Source: a virus (taxonomy: Duplodnaviria; Caudoviricetes). Taken from it: DNA of 64,000 bases. The position numbers and the translations under genes were made by a program. Location of the stretch: IMG/VR virus record IMGVR_UViG_3300034170_000057. One strand, given 5' to 3'. Positions 37,037 to 46,330 of this stretch are shown here, in pieces; position 1 is the first letter of the stretch, and every line of letters begins with the position of its first letter. The notes under the pieces are model-generated. The model ran no database searches. It had not been told where the DNA came from and saw only the letters and a list, made by a program, of their open reading frames with translations.

Positions 37037-37517
37037 CTCGTATGAAAATCCGATGTGGAGCGCCATGTGGCCTTCACCTTTCTACTACAAGAAACGCCTG
37101 TTCAAATCTATCGAACAGATGTATCAGTTCTACTCGCTGGCTGTTTCTGAAAAAGATTTGCGTACCAAGATCATGGCTGCGTACTGCCCGTACAAAGCGA
37201 AATTCCACGGGTCGAAAAAAGCCGGTGGTAAAGAGCGGGAAGGTCAGCAGACGAAACGCATTGATACGATGAAAATCGCGATCCGTGAAGCGTACCTGCA
37301 AAACCCTTCGCGTCTGTACGCGCTGACCCAAACCACCGGGCGCCTATCGCACGTGATGGAAGGCAACTCGGATTGGGCTGTGAACAGCAAAGGTCAGGGC
37401 GCCGATATGTTCGGTCATATGCTGACGGAATTCCGCGATGAAATGAAAGATATTGATATCTGGAAAGCCTGTCGTGATCACATCAAAAAACGCACACGCG
37501 AATACAACGAAGAGTGA
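37002..37517 (+). CDS. NADAR (YbiA/DUF1768) family hydrolase
   Basis: F...WSAMWPSPF...FKSIEQMYQF; P.KAK..G; M...I...Y.QNP....L..T; W....G.G..MFG.ML...R. Confidence 0.75.
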   Translation: MAKKAVKIIPFNSYENPMWSAMWPSPFYYKKRLFKSIEQMYQFYSLAVSEKDLRTKIMAAYCPYKAKFHGSKKAGGKEREGQQTKRIDTMKIAIREAYLQNPSRLYALTQTTGRLSHVMEGNSDWAVNSKGQGADMFGHMLTEFRDEMKDIDIWKACRDHIKKRTREYNEE

Positions 37518-37524
37518 AAGCCTT

Positions 37525-37929
37525 ATGATCCCTGTAGATACCCTGCTGAAGTTCCCCGGCCAGTTTTTTATCCAGATTGTGCCAATGCTGTTTGAAGCCA
37601 CCTTCCCCCGCAAGGAAGAAAGCTATCTGGCATACGACGCAAAAAACGGCGTCTACCATTTCTTTTTCGATGGTGGCGAATTCAAAAGCGATTCGATTGA
37701 AGAGCTGATCGAAATTGCCATTCGTGAAATTGAAAAAGCGGTCGCAGCCAAGATCAGTGCGCGCTTCGATCAGTGCCCGTACATTTCGTTGCCTGTGACG
37801 TGCGACGCAGACGGCCCTCCGATTGATTTCTATGACGCGTTCGCGGTGCTGGAGCGTCCGTACCGCATTGAGTTTTACACCGATACTTTCCGCCGTGGTA
37901 TTGATCGGCTGCGTAAACTTCGGGCTTGA
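37525..37929 (+). CDS. hypothetical protein
   Basis: ATG 37525. Confidence 0.65.
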   Translation: MIPVDTLLKFPGQFFIQIVPMLFEATFPRKEESYLAYDAKNGVYHFFFDGGEFKSDSIEELIEIAIREIEKAVAAKISARFDQCPYISLPVTCDADGPPIDFYDAFAVLERPYRIEFYTDTFRRGIDRLRKLRA

Positions 37930-37950
37930 CCACAAAAGTTAAAGGATAGA

Positions 37951-39105
37951 ATGATGGATATTAGTTTCGAACGAATCCGTGAAGAATACGAACGCGGGCA
38001 GGCACAGAAAAAACGTAACCGGGAAGCTGGAATTCCGGAACCGCGTTTCGTTGATTACATCGGCCTGCTGGGTAAAGATCCAAAGAGCGATCCGGAGACC
38101 GCCGCACAGTGGCGTGAACTGCGCGACATGGTTGTACACGGCCCGCGTCTGGAATTCATCACACGCGACCATATGAATATTCGTTCATGGCAGCGCCGCG
38201 TTGTTCGTGGTGTGTTTCGTTCTAAAATGCCGTCATTCGATAACTTGCCAAAAGGTATCGGAAAAACCGAAGTGATGCGGAGCATGTTCGAAACCGGCGA
38301 AGCTACGGGCATGCATGGATACATGAACTATCCGGGGCTGTTCGCAGACCTTGAAATACAGGATAGAAAAGACTCGTTGAAAGCACACCAGCGCCAAGGC
38401 TTGGCTGCTGCACAAGAGCGGTTCTACGCGGCGTTGCCTACGGTCACGGGACGCATTCCAATCCTTACCGGACTTGACGGAATCGACGGTCTGTTAGGTG
38501 GAGGGCTGCGCAAAGGCGATTGGTATGCACAACCCATGCACGTACCGATGGAAATTCGCGCAAAGACCACTCGCAATTGGCCGATTCAAGCGATGGGTTC
38601 TAACGCGCTTATGGAAGCCTACGCGAAATCAATGGAAGGACGCGTCTTTACCGACCTAGAATCCGACTGGGATATCGAAGGCATGTTCGACCGCCTGAAG
38701 CGGCATGTCGATGGTTTCGTTGTCGATATGCCAAAGAATAAAGCCCGTCCATATTTCCTGTACGATCACGTGGACGGCCTGACGCAATACCTGTACGACC
38801 CGACCGAGCGCCTGACGCAGCAGTACAAAAAAGCCCGGAAAAAGTTCAAGCATAAAGACGCGGTGAACTATCTGGTCAAGCGCGAGAAACACAATCGCAA
38901 AGCAGTGGCGAAACGGCTGGAAGAAATCGGCGCCGCTTTCGAAAACAAAAAGCTGGAAGAACTGCGAGCGAAGGCCAAAAAGGAAGCCGCTGAAAAGTGG
39001 GAAAAGCAGTACGGGGATTGCATGAGCATTCCGGATTATCCGCTGTCTGAGTACAAGCAGCTGGCGGGCCGTATCGACCGCACGCCAAAGGAAAGCGAAG
39101 AATGA
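37951..39105 (+). CDS. hypothetical protein with helicase/RecA-like motif remnants
   Basis: PKGIGKT and ILTGLDGIDGLLGGGLRKGD; AAGGA SD. Confidence 0.65.
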   Translation: MMDISFERIREEYERGQAQKKRNREAGIPEPRFVDYIGLLGKDPKSDPETAAQWRELRDMVVHGPRLEFITRDHMNIRSWQRRVVRGVFRSKMPSFDNLPKGIGKTEVMRSMFETGEATGMHGYMNYPGLFADLEIQDRKDSLKAHQRQGLAAAQERFYAALPTVTGRIPILTGLDGIDGLLGGGLRKGDWYAQPMHVPMEIRAKTTRNWPIQAMGSNALMEAYAKSMEGRVFTDLESDWDIEGMFDRLKRHVDGFVVDMPKNKARPYFLYDHVDGLTQYLYDPTERLTQQYKKARKKFKHKDAVNYLVKREKHNRKAVAKRLEEIGAAFENKKLEELRAKAKKEAAEKWEKQYGDCMSIPDYPLSEYKQLAGRIDRTPKESEE

Positions 39106-39530
39106 AACGTCTGCTAATCGTGGCGTCGGTTGTGGTGTGTTTGTGTGGCAGCTGGAGCATGCTGCAAGAAGGCGTGCGCCGTGATGAAAAGGTTATGCGC
39201 AATGCCCGCATGATCGACACCAGCGCGCAGCACACGCAATCCAAGGGCAACCACTACTACAACACCTACGGGTATTTTGTAGATCAGGAAACCGGCCTAC
39301 GGTTCAGCGACTCAATTAACGATAGCCTGTATCGGCAGTTCGAACGCGACGGAAATAAACCAATCGAAGTTTCGTGGAAATACAGCATAGATAAACGTGA
39401 ACAAACTTCGGTCGCGTTGTTCTATACGTTGTTCGGTAGCCTCGGCATTATCGTGGCGTCGGTTGTGCTGATCTACATCGCGGCGCATGAATTTCAGAAA
39501 TTGAGGAAGAGAAAGAAATGTCTGGAATAG
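39102..39530 (+). CDS. two-TM membrane protein
   Basis: TM - beta-rich loop - TM. Confidence 0.7.
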   Translation: MKRLLIVASVVVCLCGSWSMLQEGVRRDEKVMRNARMIDTSAQHTQSKGNHYYNTYGYFVDQETGLRFSDSINDSLYRQFERDGNKPIEVSWKYSIDKREQTSVALFYTLFGSLGIIVASVVLIYIAAHEFQKLRKRKKCLE

Positions 39531-40096
39531 AAAAGGTCTGTGAGTTTTCCGGCGTGACGCCTGACCATCCAGAATTGGGCGGTTGGATCATGAAACAGTG
39601 GAAGCGCAACCACATTCAAATCAATCTGAAATATCGCCCGCTGTTTTCAGGCTGTGATCATTTCTTTCGCATCGTCGGTTTCGAAGTGCAGGAATGGGAT
39701 AGCGGTGGTTATTCCACACCGTGTGCATGGCAGGCGGGTAACTACAACAGCGCACGGCACTACATCGACGAACAGAAAAAACGCGGTCGTCGTATGCGCA
39801 TCCAATACGAATATGTGTTGGAAGTTTTCGATCCAGAATTGCAGGGCATGGTCGAAGGCAAATATCGTGAATGGTCATTTGACCTGAAGGCCGTCATTCG
39901 CAATATGCGCCGCATGGTTGGCCCCGGCCTGATCATCGTAAACGAACTGGAAGGTTCACGCGGCAAGCTCATGAAAAAGTGGCGTGCAGAGTTTCAGAAA
40001 AAGCGTGACGAAATTCTCGAACGCGAACTGCAAGAAGAGCGCGAAGCCGAGGCAGCACTTGAGGCCCGTATCGAAGAGGTTCCAAATGCTTCCTAA
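39518..40096 (+). CDS. hypothetical protein
   Basis: GAGG SD; charged C-terminal helix. Confidence 0.7.
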   Translation: MSGIEKVCEFSGVTPDHPELGGWIMKQWKRNHIQINLKYRPLFSGCDHFFRIVGFEVQEWDSGGYSTPCAWQAGNYNSARHYIDEQKKRGRRMRIQYEYVLEVFDPELQGMVEGKYREWSFDLKAVIRNMRRMVGPGLIIVNELEGSRGKLMKKWRAEFQKKRDEILERELQEEREAEAALEARIEEVPNAS

Positions 40097-40265
40097 AGTC
40101 AGTGTCAACTTCGTGAAAGGCGTTTTGCTGATCGGTTTGCTAATCATCACGATTACCGACGCGTGGAAAGGCGAGTGGTCGATGGCGATTACGGATCTGG
40201 TGGTGCTGGTGATTTTGTTTATTCTGCTGGTGAAAGTTTCTATCATGGTAGAACGCAATGACTGA
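40086..40265 (+). CDS. small two-TM membrane protein
   Basis: GAGG SD, ATG 40086. Confidence 0.6.
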   Translation: MLPKVSVNFVKGVLLIGLLIITITDAWKGEWSMAITDLVVLVILFILLVKVSIMVERND

Positions 40266-40524
40266 AACAGAAACGAAGCTGGCCGAGGCCCTGCATAAAA
40301 TCCTGAGCATTAGCCTAGGTGTTTATCCGCAAGCGGTCAACGGCATAGACCGTACCGAATGGCAGGAAGGCTGGAACGCGTCACGCAAAGCCTACACACG
40401 GGAAATCATCGCCATCGTGCGCAATGAGCCGAGCGTAAGTATAGCGGTCGATATTATTGACTCGCTGTCGCCACATCCTTTCGAAAGTATCCAACCGAAA
40501 GTTTTGTTTACGGGGAATAAATAA
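40258..40524 (+). CDS. hypothetical protein
   Basis: 88 aa. Confidence 0.6.
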   Translation: MTETETKLAEALHKILSISLGVYPQAVNGIDRTEWQEGWNASRKAYTREIIAIVRNEPSVSIAVDIIDSLSPHPFESIQPKVLFTGNK

Positions 40525-40961
40525 TGTATGCAGCAAAAACAGAGCGTGGTTTTACCCGCATGGAATTTAATGACCGCTACGGCGTAGAATGTTCTTTGCA
40601 GGAAAGCAGCTTGGCGACCGAGGGCGCTATCTGGTTCGGCCCCAGTGAAGCGAACACGCGTTATTGCATATCTGGTGTGGGCTGGGTGCCCTATGTCTAC
40701 CCGGTAGGCCTCGACGTAATACATGACACGCGTATGCACCTTACACAAGGTCAGGTAAAGCGTCTGCTGCCAGCGTTGAAGCATTTTATCAAAACCGGAT
40801 ATTTGCCGGATGATGAAAATGGGTTTTTCGTGACACAAGAATACCGCTGGAAAATGGCCCTCGAAGAAATCTGCGGCTGGCGCGCAGTTGGCTACGCAGT
40901 GTTTGCCGCAATGGTCGGCAGTATCATCGGTATGCTTCAAAATCTCGGAGGTGTGCAATGA
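40524..40961 (+). CDS. conserved phage hypothetical protein with C-terminal TM
   Basis: TERGF...F.D.YG..CSLQESSLA...IWFG...RMHLT..QV..LLP family pattern. Confidence 0.7.
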   Translation: MYAAKTERGFTRMEFNDRYGVECSLQESSLATEGAIWFGPSEANTRYCISGVGWVPYVYPVGLDVIHDTRMHLTQGQVKRLLPALKHFIKTGYLPDDENGFFVTQEYRWKMALEEICGWRAVGYAVFAAMVGSIIGMLQNLGGVQ

Positions 40962-41647
40962 GTCTTCTGGCTTCGATGCAACTTGACTTGGCGCAGGCGT
41001 ACCGTAAAGCGATGCTTGAATCGCTGGTGCATAAATTCCAAATGGATGAAATTTACGAATACATCCAAATGCCCCAATTCGATACGAACAATGCCTACCA
41101 CCATGCACAGCACTGCATGCGTGTGGCGTTACGCGGTGTGGAATTGCTGACAGCGGGTGGCTGCGTAGAGCAAAGCAACCTGATGGTCTACGATTGCCAA
41201 ATCCTGATGTGTGCCGCGTTCTTCCATGACTTCGGTCACACAGGCAAAGGCCCGGATATCAACAATATCGAAATCGCGGTTTCGGGGCTGCGCAACGCTG
41301 GTGGGGTGTTCGATTATTTCGGTCGTGGTAACGAAGAGGTTCGCATTATCGAGGGCGCCATTCGCTGCACGGAATATGTGCCCGGTGAAGGCTTCCCGAA
41401 AAAACCACACACGCGGGTACAACGTGCGCTGCGCGATGCAGATTTGATGGAAAGTCTGGAACCGCACTGCATTCAATATGTGATGCATGACCTCTGCAAA
41501 GAACTCGGCGTCGATATGATTGCAGCGATTCCAAAACAAATCGAGTTTCTGAAGAGTGCCGAAATGTTTACACGTCCGGGCAAATACATTTGGGATACCA
41601 CGCTTGAGGCGCGTATCGCCTGTATCGAGGCTTTGAAAAATGGTTGA
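40958..41647 (+). CDS. HD-domain metal-dependent phosphohydrolase
   Basis: YHHAQH ... AAFFHDFGH ... RDADLM. Confidence 0.8.
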   Translation: MSLLASMQLDLAQAYRKAMLESLVHKFQMDEIYEYIQMPQFDTNNAYHHAQHCMRVALRGVELLTAGGCVEQSNLMVYDCQILMCAAFFHDFGHTGKGPDINNIEIAVSGLRNAGGVFDYFGRGNEEVRIIEGAIRCTEYVPGEGFPKKPHTRVQRALRDADLMESLEPHCIQYVMHDLCKELGVDMIAAIPKQIEFLKSAEMFTRPGKYIWDTTLEARIACIEALKNG

Positions 41648-41903
41648 TCTTTTGAAGGAAACAAAGCGCCGCACTGAAAGGCGTAATCGCCTGCGGCATG
41701 AGCGTGCGCACGCGTTGTGGTTTGCGCGCTGGATGGTGTTGCTCATGATCCTGTGTTTTATTGGGGCCATGGGCTGCTTTACCGTGGCAGGGTTATCAGC
41801 CCCTGAAGGCACCATGAATCGCTCCGCTGCGTTCGGCATAGCGGGCTTGGAGGCGGTGCTGTGGTGGCGTTGGTGTGGCTGCTGTGCTGGGCGCATGGGG
41901 TAG
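41640..41903 (+). CDS. membrane protein
   Basis: basic N-terminus, two TM segments. Confidence 0.6.
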   Translation: MVDLLKETKRRTERRNRLRHERAHALWFARWMVLLMILCFIGAMGCFTVAGLSAPEGTMNRSAAFGIAGLEAVLWWRWCGCCAGRMG

Positions 41904-41906
41904 TAC

Positions 41907-42101
41907 GTGATGAGCGACAAAAACTGTAAATATGTAGCGAGGCTGGAAAACGGCCAATACATTTTCAAGATCAACAAAGACAAGGTTTTAACATGCAAAA
42001 GCAGATTACGCGCCCGGCAATTCAGTCTAACGGAAAGCCAACGACTAGCGCGAATCCTCAAGGTGCAGCTGATCGAAGCCGATTGGCAGCTGGAACAATA
42101 A
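41907..42101 (+). CDS. hypothetical protein
   Basis: GGGG SD. Confidence 0.55.
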   Translation: MMSDKNCKYVARLENGQYIFKINKDKVLTCKSRLRARQFSLTESQRLARILKVQLIEADWQLEQ

Positions 42102-42194
42102 AACCACGCGCCGCTGTCCCTATGGGCAACCACAACGGCGAAGTAGATCGACTGTTTGCGCAGTGGGATCAATTGTAAAAGATTGGGGCAAATT

Positions 42195-42929
42195 ATGAGT
42201 GGGCAAAAAACGGAATTAACGTCGGTTAAACTTTCGATGGATCTTGAGCCTCGTGTAGTGGAGGCTTTGCAGCAATGCGCTTCCACTTCGGGCCGGAACC
42301 TTGCACAAGTGGTGGAATGCATTTTGCGCCAGCACATGGACGTTTGCTGTGAAGAGGAACGTCAGCCAGTGTTGGTATCTAGCTTGACGTGGGACGTGTT
42401 GATTATATATGCACGCCGTCTGAAAATCGGGACACGTTTTAACCTGTACGATTTGATGATCCGCCTGCACTCGGATATGGGTTTGGCTTCGCTGAAAATT
42501 TCCAGTGCGTGGCATTCTGCTTTTGCCCAATGGGTACGCCGTAACAATGAGTTCACTTGTGAGCGGACGCCGCGTGGGAACGTTTACGTCCGCAATACCG
42601 ACCGGGAAGCACCATTGCCCGAACGTGTGTTGAACCCGGTTCCGTTCATTGATCGTATGACCAATACGGAACTGCTAAACAAGCTGAAAGATGCAGCGGA
42701 CGCCAAGCCAGCGGGCGAAACTTTTACGGTGCGTGATTTGCTGGAAGCTATGGAGCAAACCAAACTGCCCAAGCATATCAGCGGCACTACAATTGTGAGT
42801 TTTGTACGCTGGGTCAATGCAACAACAAAATTCGACGTTTTCTATAAAGAATCGGAACGCGAAGGTAACACAAACTCGGAACGGGCATTTATTCGCCGCT
42901 CTACTCACAACAGTATGGGGGAACAATGA
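42195..42929 (+). CDS. ribbon-helix-helix protein with two repeated winged-helix-like modules
   Basis: VKLSMDLEPRVVEALQQCASTSGRNLAQVVECILRQH; G.(R/T)F...DL...F..WV twice. Confidence 0.55.
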   Translation: MSGQKTELTSVKLSMDLEPRVVEALQQCASTSGRNLAQVVECILRQHMDVCCEEERQPVLVSSLTWDVLIIYARRLKIGTRFNLYDLMIRLHSDMGLASLKISSAWHSAFAQWVRRNNEFTCERTPRGNVYVRNTDREAPLPERVLNPVPFIDRMTNTELLNKLKDAADAKPAGETFTVRDLLEAMEQTKLPKHISGTTIVSFVRWVNATTKFDVFYKESEREGNTNSERAFIRRSTHNSMGEQ

Positions 42930-42938
42930 AATGAACCG

Positions 42939-43193
42939 ATGTATCATCTTGGAGAAACAACCATGGCCCTTCGGGTTTATGCGTCGAAAGACAAAGAAAA
43001 ATTCAACGCTGTTCGTGTCGTAGACGTTCACCGCTACGGCGACTTCTACGTTGCTGCTGTACCACGGGAGCTTGCAGGCGATTTCGAAATCGTAGCATCT
43101 GTAAGCGAAGGCTCTTTTAATATCGAGCGAAACAAAGCGCTGATCAGTTACGACGACATTACTGATCTTCTTGAAAACGCTGTTCATCACTGA
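42939..43193 (+). CDS. hypothetical protein
   Basis: start may be ATG about 42963 after GGAG. Confidence 0.65.
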   Translation: MYHLGETTMALRVYASKDKEKFNAVRVVDVHRYGDFYVAAVPRELAGDFEIVASVSEGSFNIERNKALISYDDITDLLENAVHH

Positions 43194-43202
43194 GGCCACA
43201 AA

Positions 43203-43586
43203 ATGAAATACATGATCGTAAAAATTGGTGAAACCGAAGTGCCGATGATGTTCGGTAACGACGTGGATTTGAATCAAGTCGCATTCCCGTGGCCGATTGT
43301 GGCTGCTGGTGTAGGCGTGGTGCAAAACATGTTCCTGACCTGCCAAATGTCGCAGACCATTGACGGCAAGGAATACGGCAGCCGTGGCCTCAAGGATGAA
43401 ATCTTGATGCGTGCCGCTGACTACATCGGTGAAGAGAATCCACAAATCGGTTTCGATGCGCCAAACACCGCGCAGGAATTGACGCCGGAATATCTGGCTG
43501 AAGTGAATGCAAGTTTCGCAAATGTTCCTGCGGGCGAAGCCGTTGTCGTAGAAGGCCAGCCGGGTACGGTGGAAGGCAAGGAATAA
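43203..43586 (+). CDS. hypothetical protein (KY..AG..C..S..SR family)
   Basis: GAGG SD; similar to 4995 and 52558. Confidence 0.7.
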   Translation: MKYMIVKIGETEVPMMFGNDVDLNQVAFPWPIVAAGVGVVQNMFLTCQMSQTIDGKEYGSRGLKDEILMRAADYIGEENPQIGFDAPNTAQELTPEYLAEVNASFANVPAGEAVVVEGQPGTVEGKE

Positions 43587-43597
43587 AGGGGGATAAA

Positions 43598-43975
43598 ATG
43601 CTGACGCGCAAACAGCAACAGCAGCGAAAACAAAAGCAGGCGCGTGAACAGTCAGAACTGGCTAAACTTGCAAAGCAGGTTGGCCGGTTGCCTGACGGTT
43701 CGCTACCAAAAGACAAAAAGAAAAAGGATGATGGAACATCCCTTTTGGTTAACTACCGGGCTAACGACACGCGGCATATCCCAAGCGCACCAGCCATTAC
43801 CGTGACCGAGCATGGGATATTTCTCGAAGAGGGTCACGACTGGGTGGAGCGTGAACGGATCGCACAAGAAGAAACCGATAAAAAGAAAAAACGTATTGCG
43901 CCGCATTATTCGAAGGGGCCGTATCAATATCTGACTGACGATGTTGACCCGACGACTTTGGGCCGCAAAATATAA
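43598..43975 (+). CDS. conserved phage hypothetical protein
   Basis: C-terminal IAPHYSKGPYQY.....DPTTLGRK pattern recalled from large phages. Confidence 0.65.
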   Translation: MLTRKQQQQRKQKQAREQSELAKLAKQVGRLPDGSLPKDKKKKDDGTSLLVNYRANDTRHIPSAPAITVTEHGIFLEEGHDWVERERIAQEETDKKKKRIAPHYSKGPYQYLTDDVDPTTLGRKI

Positions 43976-43999
43976 TCAAGGGTACAAGGAAAAATCCCG

Positions 44000-44545
44000 A
44001 TGTTGGATTCCAATGAAAGCGCGTTGACTTTCACTGTAGAGCTTAACGGCCTGCGCGATCAAAAAAAGGTTGCAAGAGCCTGTGCGCGCAAAGGGGATAT
44101 CTATGCTTCCACAAGCATGATACTGAAAAGTTTGGCTGATGGGGCTACCATAGGTCGTGATAGTGCAGTGGTGGAATACACTCATAAACTACGCAAGAAA
44201 ATTCTGGTGTTGAAACAAAAATGGCTGACGCAAAAAGTGTTTTTGGAACAGCCAACAAATTTGTTCTGGATAGAGGGTACGAGTCAGGCGATTCTCTATA
44301 ACCACATTCCACGAGGGCCGCATAATGTTTACCTCGTGGCGTACACGCAACCGCTGATGAATCTGACGCGGGTGCAAATGATGTTGAACTGGGCACGCAG
44401 CACCGAAGTGAGGGCGACCAATCGCTGTAAATTCGTTTGTGATAAGACCCATGTTTTCCAAGAGTCTGATTTGGTTTATACGCGTGATCCACACCTGTTA
44501 GAAAAGCACGAAGCAAAGATAAAATTCTTTGCAGAAAAATACTAA
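44000..44545 (+). CDS. hypothetical protein
   Basis: AAGGA SD. Confidence 0.65.
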   Translation: MLDSNESALTFTVELNGLRDQKKVARACARKGDIYASTSMILKSLADGATIGRDSAVVEYTHKLRKKILVLKQKWLTQKVFLEQPTNLFWIEGTSQAILYNHIPRGPHNVYLVAYTQPLMNLTRVQMMLNWARSTEVRATNRCKFVCDKTHVFQESDLVYTRDPHLLEKHEAKIKFFAEKY

Positions 44546-44557
44546 GGAATATCTGAC

Positions 44558-45130
44558 GTGAACACTTCAACCACTGGGGAAATTGACATGGATCAGCTGA
44601 ACGAAAACCTGAGCTTGGAAGCAGCTGAAGCCGCTCTGCTTGCTATCGGTCAAAAGGACCACGAAGAGCAGGCGATGTACGACCGCAAGGCGCGCATGTC
44701 ACGCTGGATATTCCGACTGTATTTCTTGGTAGCGCTGCTGGGGCTTATCAGTCTGGCGGGCGCTGTGGGTTGGACGTACCGGGCATCCATTGTGCAGGAC
44801 TGGGATCGCTACGGTTCGCACCAAACGCAGTGCATTTTCAAAGTCGGTGAACGTACCGTGAAAGGCACCCGCGATTATTCGTATCGCTACTACACTATTT
44901 TGAACTGGAAATTTTACAATACAGCTGAGCAAAAAGAAGAAACGCGTATCGACATTTCCGGTAACGGCATGACCATTCTGGCCCACATGCCGGATGGCAC
45001 CAGCAACAAACAAGAAGTGTCGGACGGCGAGCGCTATAACCAACGCATTGACGTGGCAGACTCGTATTCGTTCTTTATGGATAACGGCAAAAACGCCGCT
45101 ACCGTTTCCTACAAATCCATGTGCAAGTGA
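44558..45130 (+). CDS. single-pass membrane protein with beta-rich periplasmic domain
   Basis: TM at about aa 50-75; GTG start after AAGGA. Confidence 0.7.
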   Translation: MNTSTTGEIDMDQLNENLSLEAAEAALLAIGQKDHEEQAMYDRKARMSRWIFRLYFLVALLGLISLAGAVGWTYRASIVQDWDRYGSHQTQCIFKVGERTVKGTRDYSYRYYTILNWKFYNTAEQKEETRIDISGNGMTILAHMPDGTSNKQEVSDGERYNQRIDVADSYSFFMDNGKNAATVSYKSMCK

Positions 45131-45516
45131 ACTGGCAGCACGGCACAACGCGTAGTGTCTTGCTGGTGGGTCGCTACGCAATTAAATTCCCCACTGTGGT
45201 CTGCTGGCGCAATTTCCTACGGGGCATTTTATGCAACGGTTCCGAGTACACGTCCAGCAAAATGAACTGTGAATTTCTGGCACCGGTTGTGTGGCGTTCA
45301 TGGTTAGACCTAGTGATCGTCATGCCCCGCGCAGATGTAAAGAGTCCAGAGGAAGACGACGAAATTCGTTTCGAATATCTCGAAGACTTTTGGCAGCGCG
45401 TGGACGCCAGCGAACAAGCAATCAAAGACATGATCTACGGAATCGTAGAAAACAAAATCTGTTCTGTCGGCAAAATAAACGGTGTGACCGTTGCCGTAGA
45501 CTATGGGAGTATATGA
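45121..45516 (+). CDS. minimal protein-kinase-like fold protein
   Basis: GTTRSV...YAIKFP (Lys), NGSE (alphaC Glu), VMPRA hinge, VAVDYG. Confidence 0.45.
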   Translation: MQVNWQHGTTRSVLLVGRYAIKFPTVVCWRNFLRGILCNGSEYTSSKMNCEFLAPVVWRSWLDLVIVMPRADVKSPEEDDEIRFEYLEDFWQRVDASEQAIKDMIYGIVENKICSVGKINGVTVAVDYGSI

Positions 45517-46330
45517 ATTGGCCCGTCCTCTGAAAATCAAACGTCGTCCGGAACTCACTGCGTGCCTGAAGAAAAACGGCTTCCGCAAAAACGTCGAAGG
45601 TTCCGATAGCGACAACTGGGTTTACGAACACAAAGCAGACGAAAACCGCGTGGTCGTTATTTGCGCGTTCGAAATCGCGACGGATATCGTGAAGTACAAA
45701 GATTTCCCGATGGTGGAACCTGAGACGCCGATTGCAGATGTGATTGCGTATATCGACTCCGAAATGGAATTGGTGAACAAATCTTTCAACGGCTTCAAAG
45801 CGCTGTTAGAAACTGTGCGCCAGCATGCGAAGGGCCTCGGTGTGAAAGGTCGTTTCGTGCCTAACGAAGTCGATACTCATTCGTGGGAATTCTTCGCTGA
45901 TTGCTACAAAGCACAGCCGCTGTTCTTCCTGTCTGATCCGGGGCCGAATGCGAAAGTTGAACTCGGTTACAACTACAACGAATACCCGGTTGAAACCGCT
46001 TACGAAGTGTTGAGCATTTTGCAAGGCAAGGGCTTCGAATACTGGCCGTGCGGCGACGAACGTGTGATGTTCAAAGGTAAGTCGATTTTCACTTTCAAAA
46101 CCTACGAAGATTTCATGCCGTTCATGTTTACGCACGGTCTGGTCCGCATCATTGAGCGTATGGGCATGGCACAATTATCGTCCGTCTCTGATCCGACCTT
46201 GAACGAATTGCTTGAAGGTCAAACCGATGTGAAACACTACGTGGAAATCCAGCTGCGTCGTGCAATTAACACCGATGAATTCTTCAGCTACATCAAATCC
46301 AAAGTTGCTGAAAAGGAAACCGCAGAATGA
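45503..46330 (+). CDS. hypothetical protein, paralogous C-terminal domain family
   Basis: FMPFMFTHGL...SDPTLNELLEG shared with 46327 and 52883. Confidence 0.7.
   Translation: MGVYELARPLKIKRRPELTACLKKNGFRKNVEGSDSDNWVYEHKADENRVVVICAFEIATDIVKYKDFPMVEPETPIADVIAYIDSEMELVNKSFNGFKALLETVRQHAKGLGVKGRFVPNEVDTHSWEFFADCYKAQPLFFLSDPGPNAKVELGYNYNEYPVETAYEVLSILQGKGFEYWPCGDERVMFKGKSIFTFKTYEDFMPFMFTHGLVRIIERMGMAQLSSVSDPTLNELLEGQTDVKHYVEIQLRRAINTDEFFSYIKSKVAEKETAE

Noticed and set aside
37926-37952. TTGACC...TAGAAT sigma70 promoter
   Set aside because: Spacer is only 15 nt and the -10 box overlaps the start codon
42102-42194. Structured RNA or small ORF in the gap before the RHH gene
   Set aside because: Only short, wobble-rich stems and no second copy; the 41993-42178 ORF lacks a convincing start context
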